Shown here piece after piece: positions 16,378-23,495 of a DNA stretch of 32,000 nucleotides. Under the pieces are notes generated by a model. It saw only the letters and a program-made list of their open reading frames with translations, made no database searches and was not told the origin of the DNA. A program made the translations under genes and the position numbers. Location: the NCBI GenBank assembly GCA_937886445.1, contig CALGBY010000036.1:6-32005 (forward strand). Direction: 5' to 3'. Every line of letters starts with the position of its first letter. Position 1 is the first letter of the stretch. The stretch comes from an uncultured Clostridia bacterium (GTDB lineage Bacteria > Bacillota > Clostridia > Christensenellales > Aristaeellaceae).

Positions 16378-18145
16378 TTTCGTTGGCTCCTTCTTTATTT
16401 TTCATAGCGGCTTTCTTTGCCTTATACCTGGCATCTCTTTCCCGGTTCTTGGCGCGGCGGAGACGATCTTTCTCAATCGCCGCAAGCTCTTCGGGGGTCG
16501 GTTCCGGCTTTGGTATCTGGAAATTACCGATGAAGCGAAGATAGATATCGACCTGGATATGCCGTTCACCGTCAATTTTTGTCGGCGCGTGAACAAGGAT
16601 CTTATCGATAAACTCATAGATCATCGGGGTCGTCAGTTCCTCGGCGTTTCTGTACTTTCGGGCCAGTGCCATGAAAGAAGCGATATTTTCGGTATTGGCT
16701 TCGTATTCATCCAGGGTTGCCTGATCCGAAGAAAGGATCTCTTTCAGTTCCGCTTGTTCCTTTTCATAACCCGCATGCAGTTCATCGAAACGATCTTCCG
16801 GCATCTTGTCCAGCGCGAAAAGCTCGTACAGTTTCTTGATCAGCACATCCAGATCATCACAGCGTTTTTTCGCCTTTCGTATCCGGGCTTTCAGTTCCTT
16901 GGCAGCGGCTTCTTTTTTCAGTTGTGCCTCACTTCTCAGTTTCTGCTCAAATTCTTCCTCGTTTTCGATGGCGTATTTGCTGACTTCACGGATCGTTTGC
17001 AGGATCAAAGACCGGACAGTATTGGTACTGATACAGTGAGATACACATTTCAGCGTTGACCGTTTGTTGCTCAATGTGTAATTGGAGCAGTTATACCCAT
17101 CAAGGGAAAGAGAACCGTTTTCCTTCAATCCGCTCCGATGATTGTACATTCTAGCACCGCAGTCTGCGCAATACATGAGTCCGGTCAGCGGATTTGCTTC
17201 GCCCAGCGTATCGGTACGTTTTCTGCTTTTCAGCGCCCTTTGGGCGAGTTCCCATGTTTCCTTGCTGACAATCGCTTCATGCGTGTTTTCAAAAATGACG
17301 TATTTCTCGGGGCTGTAGAATTGACGTTTGTCTCTGAAAAACCGTTTTCCGGAACGAAAGTTTACGGTATGTCCCATATACTCCGGATGTGTCAGGATAC
17401 GGGTCACGGTAGCGCCGTTCCAATCGCAGGCCCGATCCGGATCGGTGATATAATCCTGACGCAGACCGCATTTGTGCTGAGAGAAATAGTAACCGGGACT
17501 GTCTACATGCTCCTTGGTAAGTGTTCGGGCGATATCAAACGGTCCATGTCCTTCGCAGGCGAGACGGTAGATTCGACGAACGATCTCCGCTGCCTCTTCA
17601 TCGATCAGCCAGTGCAGTTTTTGATCCGGGGCCTTTTTGTATCCGTAGATACAGTTGTTATTGGTAGGAAGTCCGGCATGACCTTTCAGCTGATACGCTG
17701 CATTCATTTTTCGTGACTGATCCTTCAGATACCATTCATTCATGACATTGAGGATGGGAACAAATTCGCCGGTTTCCGGGTTCAGATTGTCCACGCCGTT
17801 CGCAATCGCGATGAAACGGATGTTGAGTTTCAGGAACAGGACCTCTGTGTAATATCCGGTTTCCAGATAGTTTCGACCGATACGGCTCATGTCTTTGGCG
17901 ATTACAATGCCGACCTTTCCAGCTTCGATGTCCGCGATCATTTCCTTCCACGCGGGACGGTTGAAGTCTTTTCCGCTCCATCCGTCATCTGTGTAGTGTT
18001 TGCAGTTGGTGAATCCGTGCTCATCGGCATAGTTTTTCAGATAAGTTTTCTGATTGATGATCGAGTTGGAATCACCCTGCAGGTCATCATCGCGCGATAA
18101 TCGTTCATACAGCGCGGTGATCAGGTTCTCTTTGTTTTGCTTCAT
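16343..18145 (-). CDS. Large serine recombinase (TnpX/TndX-like), copy 1
   Basis: Same architecture as copy 2: ITALYERLSRDD, DMSRIGRN, CADCGARM...C, FIDKILVHA...VDIYLRFIG. SD GGAAGGAGAG lies before ATG 18145. The 3' end overlaps the start of copy 2 by 35 nt. Confidence 0.95.
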   Translation of the reverse strand: MKQNKENLITALYERLSRDDDLQGDSNSIINQKTYLKNYADEHGFTNCKHYTDDGWSGKDFNRPAWKEMIADIEAGKVGIVIAKDMSRIGRNYLETGYYTEVLFLKLNIRFIAIANGVDNLNPETGEFVPILNVMNEWYLKDQSRKMNAAYQLKGHAGLPTNNNCIYGYKKAPDQKLHWLIDEEAAEIVRRIYRLACEGHGPFDIARTLTKEHVDSPGYYFSQHKCGLRQDYITDPDRACDWNGATVTRILTHPEYMGHTVNFRSGKRFFRDKRQFYSPEKYVIFENTHEAIVSKETWELAQRALKSRKRTDTLGEANPLTGLMYCADCGARMYNHRSGLKENGSLSLDGYNCSNYTLSNKRSTLKCVSHCISTNTVRSLILQTIREVSKYAIENEEEFEQKLRSEAQLKKEAAAKELKARIRKAKKRCDDLDVLIKKLYELFALDKMPEDRFDELHAGYEKEQAELKEILSSDQATLDEYEANTENIASFMALARKYRNAEELTTPMIYEFIDKILVHAPTKIDGERHIQVDIYLRFIGNFQIPKPEPTPEELAAIEKDRLRRAKNRERDARYKAKKAAMKNKEGANENDESEQIDRAV

Positions 18146-18362
18146 TTTCTATCTCTCCTTCCGAAGCAGATTATTTCCGCCTTCACCTATTGGACAAAAC
18201 AGAACTGATTTCGGAACTGTTTTTGAAAAAAAAGTAAAATATTTTTTCGGTGAGGCTTTCTTATTGATATATACAGTCAAAATCCAGCCTTGCCCTGAAA
18301 TGCCGCATAATTGCAACAGAAATGATTTTAGCAGGGCTCTGGTTGCAAAAATGCAACCACGA

Positions 18363-18665
18363 TCACGCGGAAATGAACCCGAGAACAGAATATAGCAGGT
18401 CAGCTATCTTGCCGATGATCCAGACAGCGGCATGCGGAAAAATTACGAGGAAGATTCCGATCCCTGCTGTCTGCCAGACCATGTGTTCCGGAGCGTGTGT
18501 GATCCATCCTGCGATAGAGCCGATGATGAAAATACCGGCCAGCAGATTTGTCGCGATAGATGAGATACCGATGAACAGGGAGCACAGCAGGTGGCAGATG
18601 AAAAGGACGATTGCCAGCGGAAATGTGATGATCTTGAGTGGGAATTTGATGATTCGGATCAGCAT
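18363..18665 (-). CDS. Small 3-TM membrane protein (paralog of 19600..19887)
   Basis: ATG 18665 (MLIRIIKFPLKIITFPL...) lies 7 nt after AAAGGAG. The longer track ORF lacks an SD. The protein has three hydrophobic segments. Confidence 0.65.
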   Translation of the reverse strand: MLIRIIKFPLKIITFPLAIVLFICHLLCSLFIGISSIATNLLAGIFIIGSIAGWITHAPEHMVWQTAGIGIFLVIFPHAAVWIIGKIADLLYSVLGFISA

Positions 18666-18724
18666 CAGCGGACTCCTTTCTGTCATGGGGACCGGGGAAA
18701 AATCCCCGGTCCGGAGCAGGGGTT

Positions 18725-19066
18725 TCAGGCATAAATCAGTTCGTTCATGATCAGTTTCTCTGCCTGAGCCTTCAGCGCGTTCATCTGCGCGACCCATTCC
18801 ATCTGGTCCGATGCTTTCAGACTTTCCGAAGGACGCAGGGGGCTGTTCATCATCAGATCCAACCGGTCATTGGCTGCATTGTCGATTTCGTGCAGATGCT
18901 CCATGAGTTTTCCGGACAGCAGCAGATAATTGAATCTGCCGGGGTGTTCTTTCCGAAGATAGTCCATACGGAGCCGACCATATTTGCCCAACGGCTGTTG
19001 ATCCTGTTCAGACAGTCCCATGTCGGGGAAAAGGTAGTCGCCACAACGGAAATAGTTCAGTTTCAT
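18725..19066 (-). CDS. tnpV: TnpV-family transposon protein (copy 1)
   Basis: ATG 19066 lies 6 nt after GGAGGA. MKLNYFRCGDYLFPDM...LGKYGRLRMDYLRKEHPGRFNYLLLSGKLMEHLHEID...DQMEWVAQMNALKAQAEKLIMNELIYA matches the Tn4451 TnpV family pattern. Confidence 0.85.
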   Translation of the reverse strand: MKLNYFRCGDYLFPDMGLSEQDQQPLGKYGRLRMDYLRKEHPGRFNYLLLSGKLMEHLHEIDNAANDRLDLMMNSPLRPSESLKASDQMEWVAQMNALKAQAEKLIMNELIYA

Positions 19067-19141
19067 TCTCATTCCTCCAATCAAAAACAGTAGTCAGGAT
19101 GTTCCGCGAACAAAGCGTCGCTTTGTTCCTTTACATTCTAA

Positions 19142-19510
19142 CTACTGTATATGTTCGTGATCTGTATGGGTGGCAACAATGAAAGCATGATTTCCTTTCA
19201 GTAATCTCATTGCAAGTTCATAGCCACATTGATTTGCTTCTTCCGGTGTGATTTCACCTGGCTTGAATGATTGCCGAAGCTGATAAGCGATAACTTCATG
19301 ATCGTAATGCCGACCGGTATTAGCAATATACGAATTGCGCGCCAGTAGAAATTCGTGATCAACAGTTTCCGGATCACAAGCATAAGAAGATATCAATTCA
19401 CCACCATTTGTTTTTTCACTATTCATCGCGTACGCGGTACGTTCTTTCAAGCATTGTGCAATGGTCTTTCCTTTGTTGATATGCATTGGAATGATACGAG
19501 TAGTTGCCAT
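19142..19510 (-). pseudogene. 5' fragment of a MOBP-type relaxase gene (TnpZ/Mob-like), truncated inside the His motif
   Basis: MATTRIIPMHINKGKT..., VIAYQLRQSFKPGEITPEEAN and GNHAFIVATHTDHEHIQ* are present. Relatives continue H-x-H-N-H and extend several hundred more residues. Here a TAG at 19142-19144 ends the ORF at residue 122. No remainder is present in any frame of the window. Confidence 0.75.
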
Positions 19511-19599
19511 GACTTCTCCTTTCGCTTTGATAATAAATTAAGCCGCAACGGAGATGCTTTCCGCTGCGGCATGCTTTATGAGGTCTGCAATATAAACTA

Positions 19600-19887
19600 T
19601 CAGCAGAGTAATCCTTCAAAGAAAGTACAAACACGATCCAAACGGTTCAACAAGAAATTAGAAATCGCAGGAAGTCCAATCGGACTGACCAGCCAGGTCA
19701 GAACAAGAAACGCAATTCCGTTCTGCCAGCTTCCGATGAAGAATTGCAGCAGAGCAAGAAGACCAAACACAGAAGTCAACAATCCGATCAACGAAGCAGC
19801 GATGGTTGTAATGAAAGCTGCGATGCCAAGCAGTAGCCGGGTTATCATCATGACAGGTGTTAAAGTGATTCGCAGTAAGGTCTTCAT
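19600..19887 (-). CDS. Small 3-TM membrane protein (paralog of 18363..18665)
   Basis: ATG 19887 lies 9 nt after AAGGAGG. MKTLLRITLTPVMMITRLLLGIAAF... has the same length class and hydrophobicity layout as the 18363..18665 product. Confidence 0.65.
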   Translation of the reverse strand: MKTLLRITLTPVMMITRLLLGIAAFITTIAASLIGLLTSVFGLLALLQFFIGSWQNGIAFLVLTWLVSPIGLPAISNFLLNRLDRVCTFFEGLLC

Positions 19888-19901
19888 ATTGATAAGCCTC
19901 C

Positions 19902-20240
19902 TTAATTCAATCCCTCAAGCAACTTTAGAATTTGTTTCAGCAGATCCCAAAGCTCTTTCTGATTTTCGTTCAGTTCAACCAGTTCGGTTTCGTAGAGGTT
20001 TCCACCGCTATTGACGCGCTTTGTCAGTTGATTCAGATTGTTAGTCATGTTCCGCAGGAGAGAAATCAATTCACGAATCTCAGGAAGATCGAGCTTCAGA
20101 ATATAGCCGTTCAATCCCATATTCCGAAAGTAAGCAGACAGTGTTTGAATATCCGCGCTACCAAGCTTCTGATCAATGCGCTTTAGTTCTTCATCCGACA
20201 GATGAACCTTGACAACATTCGGTCTTTTCTCCTTCGGCAT
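19902..20240 (-). CDS. mobC: MobC-family relaxosome accessory protein
   Basis: VKVHLSDEELKRIDQKL...LSAYFRNMGLNG...LRNMTNNLNQLTKRVNSGG contains the RHH-like N-terminus and the NNLNQ(L/I)a(K/R)r.N signature. Confidence 0.85.
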   Translation of the reverse strand: MPKEKRPNVVKVHLSDEELKRIDQKLGSADIQTLSAYFRNMGLNGYILKLDLPEIRELISLLRNMTNNLNQLTKRVNSGGNLYETELVELNENQKELWDLLKQILKLLEGLN

Positions 20241-20245
20241 GTATA

Positions 20246-20740
20246 TTATCTCTCCGTTCTGTTATCCCAGCAAGGCTGTCGCCGATCCTGAGAATTTTCT
20301 TTGGGATGGAGTGTATCGATAATTGAAGGCTTTGGATTGACCGCAGCGGCAATTGCTTGAATTGCCTCTCCGCGAATTGCTCCCATCTGACTGGCAATCT
20401 CTATTGCTTCATCCTGCGTAAGCATTTCGAGTTCTTCTTCTCCCGCTTTGACGATTACAGCATTGCCGATTATCATGTCTCCATGATTCTGAGATTCATA
20501 AGCGAAGCTGGCAATGCAGTTGACGTATTTACCGCCGTCTTTCAGTTTGGCTTCTTCATCAATCATCATGACAAGGTTTTGCTCTGAAAGTGAATTCGGT
20601 TCCACCAGCTCGATCCATTCGCATCCGATAGCACGGCGACCACAATCGAATATTTCCTCGTTTGGTTTGACTTGTATAAGCTTAATTTCTTGCGCGTCCG
20701 TCAGAAGGACACCATAAGTCTTTTCATTTGTATCGTTCAT
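20246..20740 (-). CDS. DUF3846-like protein
   Basis: The ATG overlaps the upstream stop (ATGA, 20737-20740), and AGGAGG lies 8 nt upstream. The pattern IKLIQVKPNEE...IGCEWIELV...LVMMIDEEAKLKD...GDMIIGNAVIV fits DUF3846 proteins of Firmicute conjugative elements. Confidence 0.75.
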   Translation of the reverse strand: MNDTNEKTYGVLLTDAQEIKLIQVKPNEEIFDCGRRAIGCEWIELVEPNSLSEQNLVMMIDEEAKLKDGGKYVNCIASFAYESQNHGDMIIGNAVIVKAGEEELEMLTQDEAIEIASQMGAIRGEAIQAIAAAVNPKPSIIDTLHPKENSQDRRQPCWDNRTER

Positions 20741-21801
20741 AAGTATGCCTCCTGTTCCTTGGACTTAATCGATCTTTCTGTTTTTGTTTGCTGTGAATGG
20801 AGTGATGAAAGGATAGAAGTCTTTTCTAGCTCATCGATTTCTTTCCGGAACATACTGACGAAACCGTCCAATACGGCAGGATGTGTATCGACAGAATAAT
20901 CATATCTGCGATCAAATCCGGATTCGGCAGCAGTGTCTGGCAGTTGGACAGATGAAGCCCATTCTTTATTGCTCCTTGAAAAACGTCCGTCCCATTCCTT
21001 ATCTTGAATCGTGCTTGCAAGAACGAGCTTTACACGTTCAGGATCATGCCGAGCCAGTACGTCGGATATGACGCTTTGGTTCAAGTGCATACCATCAAAG
21101 TTACGGGATACTGTTTCTTCGATATCCTTTTTACAAGCAACATTCTCGCGATGAGATGCCCGAAAAGCTTCCAACTCATTATGCTCACGGGCATAAGCAC
21201 CGGACTGATAATAGATAGGGGTCTGATTGATTTCTTCCATTTGAACTATTCCTTTCTCCTGATATTCTTCCAGGATCATTCTTTTGTCTTCGTCTGAACC
21301 GAAGAGAAGTATGTCCAATGCGTAGTCAATCGGTTCCAGATTACGAATTGCTTCTATGAAGCGTGAATCCCATTCGACGCCATCAACTTTGGGAGCATAT
21401 ACTTCCTTCCATCTTTGAAGCTTATGATAGTAGTTGGTCAGCGTAATGAAGCACTCTGATAACTGCTGATTGAAAATATGTTTTTCTATCAATATGGAAT
21501 TTGATGGCTTGGGTACATAATGTTCTTCTTTGCCTATGGGAATGTTGAAATCTGTGGCGAGCTTTATTGCCGCATCTTTTTGCGATAATTGATAAAGGCG
21601 GGCGGTGAAGTTGATTACATCACCGTCCGCCTGACATCCAAAGCAATGAAAACGCTTATCGACTTTCATACTCGGATCATGGTCGTTATGAAAGGGACAG
21701 ACACACATTCCGTTTCGTCCGATATCGATACCGTATTTTTCAGCAGCTTCACGCGTTGTTACGTTGTTCTTGATTGTATTGAATATATCCGCTGGTATCA
21801 C
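20737..21801 (-). CDS. CHC2 zinc-finger (DnaG-primase-type) protein with DUF3849-like C-terminal domain
   Basis: CPFHNDHDPSMKVDKRFHCFGCQADGDVINF is a CHC2 finger. The C-terminal YYQSGAYAREHNELEAFRASHRENVACKKDIE...KEWDGRFS resembles DUF3849. The only in-frame start is GTG 21801, with a weak, closely spaced AGGAAG. Confidence 0.82.
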   Translation of the reverse strand: MIPADIFNTIKNNVTTREAAEKYGIDIGRNGMCVCPFHNDHDPSMKVDKRFHCFGCQADGDVINFTARLYQLSQKDAAIKLATDFNIPIGKEEHYVPKPSNSILIEKHIFNQQLSECFITLTNYYHKLQRWKEVYAPKVDGVEWDSRFIEAIRNLEPIDYALDILLFGSDEDKRMILEEYQEKGIVQMEEINQTPIYYQSGAYAREHNELEAFRASHRENVACKKDIEETVSRNFDGMHLNQSVISDVLARHDPERVKLVLASTIQDKEWDGRFSRSNKEWASSVQLPDTAAESGFDRRYDYSVDTHPAVLDGFVSMFRKEIDELEKTSILSSLHSQQTKTERSIKSKEQEAYL

Positions 21802-21847
21802 TTCCTAAACGTATTTGGTCAATCTTGTGAGCTATGGACTGACTCGT

Positions 21848-21877
21848 TTGACAGGCGCTAATGCCTTGATATATAAT
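21848..21877 (+). promoter_or_regulatory. Putative sigma-A promoter of the HU gene
   Basis: TTGACA (21848-21853), 18-nt spacer, TATAAT (21872-21877), about 38 nt upstream of the ATG. Confidence 0.55.
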
Positions 21878-21915
21878 GCTTGTGAGAACAAAAACAATAA
21901 AAGGAGGGCTTTCCC

Positions 21916-22191
21916 ATGAACAAGACTGAATTGGTAGCTGCTCTGGCAGCAAAAGCTTCCATCACTAAGGTAGATGCAGAAAAATTCGTTAATAGCTTCG
22001 TTGCTACCGTAGAAGAAACCCTGGCCAAGGACGACAAGATCCAGTTGGTTGGCTTCGGCACATTCGAAGTGAAGACCCGTGCGGCTCGTACTGCTCGCAA
22101 TCCCCGTACCGGCGAAGAAATCAAAATTGCTGCTGCTAAGGTTCCGGCGTTCAAAGCTGGTAAAGCTCTGAAAGACATCGTCAACAAGTAA
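21916..22191 (+). CDS. hup: HU-family DNA-binding protein
   Basis: [11 protein letters not shown]...[41 protein letters not shown] is a textbook HU sequence. SD AAAGGAGGG is present. Confidence 0.95.
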   Translation: MNKTELVAALAAKASITKVDAEKFVNSFVATVEETLAKDDKIQLVGFGTFEVKTRAARTARNPRTGEEIKIAAAKVPAFKAGKALKDIVNK

Positions 22192-22212
22192 GGTTTCTTC
22201 CTTTCTCTCCTT

Positions 22213-22241
22213 GAAGGCAGTACACGCTGCCTTCTTTTTTT
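22213..22241 (+). terminator. Rho-independent terminator of the HU gene
   Basis: GAAGGCAG-tacacg-CTGCCTTC followed by T7. Confidence 0.8.
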
Positions 22242-22514
22242 GATGGTGCAGAAAGTGGTTTGCCCTACAATATTGGACACACCTTTTAGTACTAAAATAT
22301 TACATTTTTCATGTCAGACTTCAGAAAAGGGAGTATCAATTTAGGGTATGCCCATACGCTTTTATTTTCATGTGTAAACATAGACTTGGTTTTCTCATTT
22401 CCTTATGATTTCTTTATATACACTATTTTTTAACCACCCTAAGATGACGACAGCCTTGCGAATAGTTATCTGGGAATTGATAATGATATATCAACTTACC
22501 AGGAGGCGATTGGT

Positions 22515-23096
22515 TTGATCGTGTTTTATGCTCGCGTATCTACTGAAGAACAGAACGAAGCGCGCCAGGTTGAAACTGCGCATGAAGTACAGGCAGAAAA
22601 AATATTCCTTGATAAACTGTCGGGGAAGAACACTGAACGTCCGCAGCTGGAACAGATGATGAATTTTATTCGAGAGGGTGATACAGTCATCATTTCTGAA
22701 ATATCGAGACTTGCTCGCAATACACAAGATCTTCTTTCACTGGTTGAACAGATGCGAAAAAAAGGTGTAGAGTTCCGTTCAGTAAAAGAATGTTTGGACA
22801 CCACAACACCACAAGGAAAGTTTGTTCTTACTATATTCGCAGCGTTGGGAGAATTTGAACGTGAAATGATTCGCCAACGGCAAGCTGAAGGAATAGCTAT
22901 CGCAAAACGTGATGGTAAGTATAGAGGCAGAAAGCCTATTGATTTAGATGAAGCATATTTCCGCTCTGTTTGTCGGGAATGGCAGTCTGGAAAACGAACT
23001 GCTGTATCTATTGCAAAACAGTTTGGCTTCACAACCACTACCTTCTACAAGAAACTAAAGCTATTTGGAATTAAAAGAGATTACGAAGCAGATTAA
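22515..23096 (+). CDS. Small serine recombinase (resolvase/invertase family)
   Basis: TTG 22515 lies 8 nt after AGGAGG. Motifs: IVFYARVSTEEQNEARQ, EISRLARNTQD, RQRQAEGIAIAKRDGKYRGRKP, and the C-terminal HTH SIAKQFGFTTTTFYKKLK. Confidence 0.9.
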   Translation: MIVFYARVSTEEQNEARQVETAHEVQAEKIFLDKLSGKNTERPQLEQMMNFIREGDTVIISEISRLARNTQDLLSLVEQMRKKGVEFRSVKECLDTTTPQGKFVLTIFAALGEFEREMIRQRQAEGIAIAKRDGKYRGRKPIDLDEAYFRSVCREWQSGKRTAVSIAKQFGFTTTTFYKKLKLFGIKRDYEAD

Positions 23097-23101
23097 GAAA
23101 A

Positions 23102-23446
23102 TCAGCGTTCTTGCTCGTGCTTTTTCTTCTTGGGCATAGGTTCAACCAATTCTTTTTCGGTCTTTGGCTCGTACAGTCCGTGCATTCCGAATTTGGTGTA
23201 GAAATCAACACTATCGGATTTGACAGGTTCCTCAAGTTTCTTTCCAGTATATCCGCTATACATATCCCACAGTCCATCTTCGCGTTTGATAAAGACACCG
23301 TGCCTGCCGAAGTCTACGGCAGAACCAGGCTTGATCTGTTCGAGCTGTTTTACAAATTCGTCACCCCAACCAAAATGCGGTGCTATCCGTTTCAAACTTG
23401 GATCGACAGATGGATGCAGTGGACGTACATTATCATTCATAGTCAT
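23102..23446 (-). CDS. Hypothetical protein (114 aa)
   Basis: ATG 23446 (MTMNDNVRPLHP...) lies 4 nt after GGAGG. It is the last gene of the polyvalent-protein operon. Only 5 bp separate its stop from the stop of the convergent resolvase gene. No family recognised. Confidence 0.6.
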   Translation of the reverse strand: MTMNDNVRPLHPSVDPSLKRIAPHFGWGDEFVKQLEQIKPGSAVDFGRHGVFIKREDGLWDMYSGYTGKKLEEPVKSDSVDFYTKFGMHGLYEPKTEKELVEPMPKKKKHEQER

Positions 23447-23495
23447 TTTTCCTCCATGAAGCCGGCCCTGGACATATGCCAGAGCCGGCAATTGT

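Larger units (their letters stand above)
9571..19147 (-). mobile_element. Serine-recombinase integrative element segment carrying plasmid-like maintenance and mobilization genes. The recombinase-proximal end is at about 19141-19147; the other end is not identified.
   Basis: Gene content: tnpV, two LSRs, tnpW, parMR, TA, MOBQ relaxase + oriT, resolvase. It abuts a truncated foreign relaxase gene on the right. A compositional drop occurs at about 9570 on the left. Confidence 0.4.

Noticed and set aside
8912-18356. Recurrent TTGCA-N-TGCAA palindromes: TTGCATTTTTGCAA at 8912-8925, its reverse complement at 18343-18356, and ATTGCAtTGCAAT at 11763-11775. I considered these as a shared operator.
   Set aside because: A 14-mer shared between two sites on either strand is expected a few times by chance in a 32-kb window, and more often in AT-rich DNA. 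Only the 11763-11775 copy has a sensible regulatory context, and it is reported with the dinJ promoter.
21858-22280. 140-aa minus-strand ORF covering the HU gene.
   Set aside because: It is the antisense shadow of a textbook HU coding sequence. It has no SD and its translation is Ala/Arg-rich.
22526-23038. 170-aa minus-strand ORF covering the plus-strand resolvase gene.
   Set aside because: It is the antisense shadow of a gene with clear serine-recombinase motifs.
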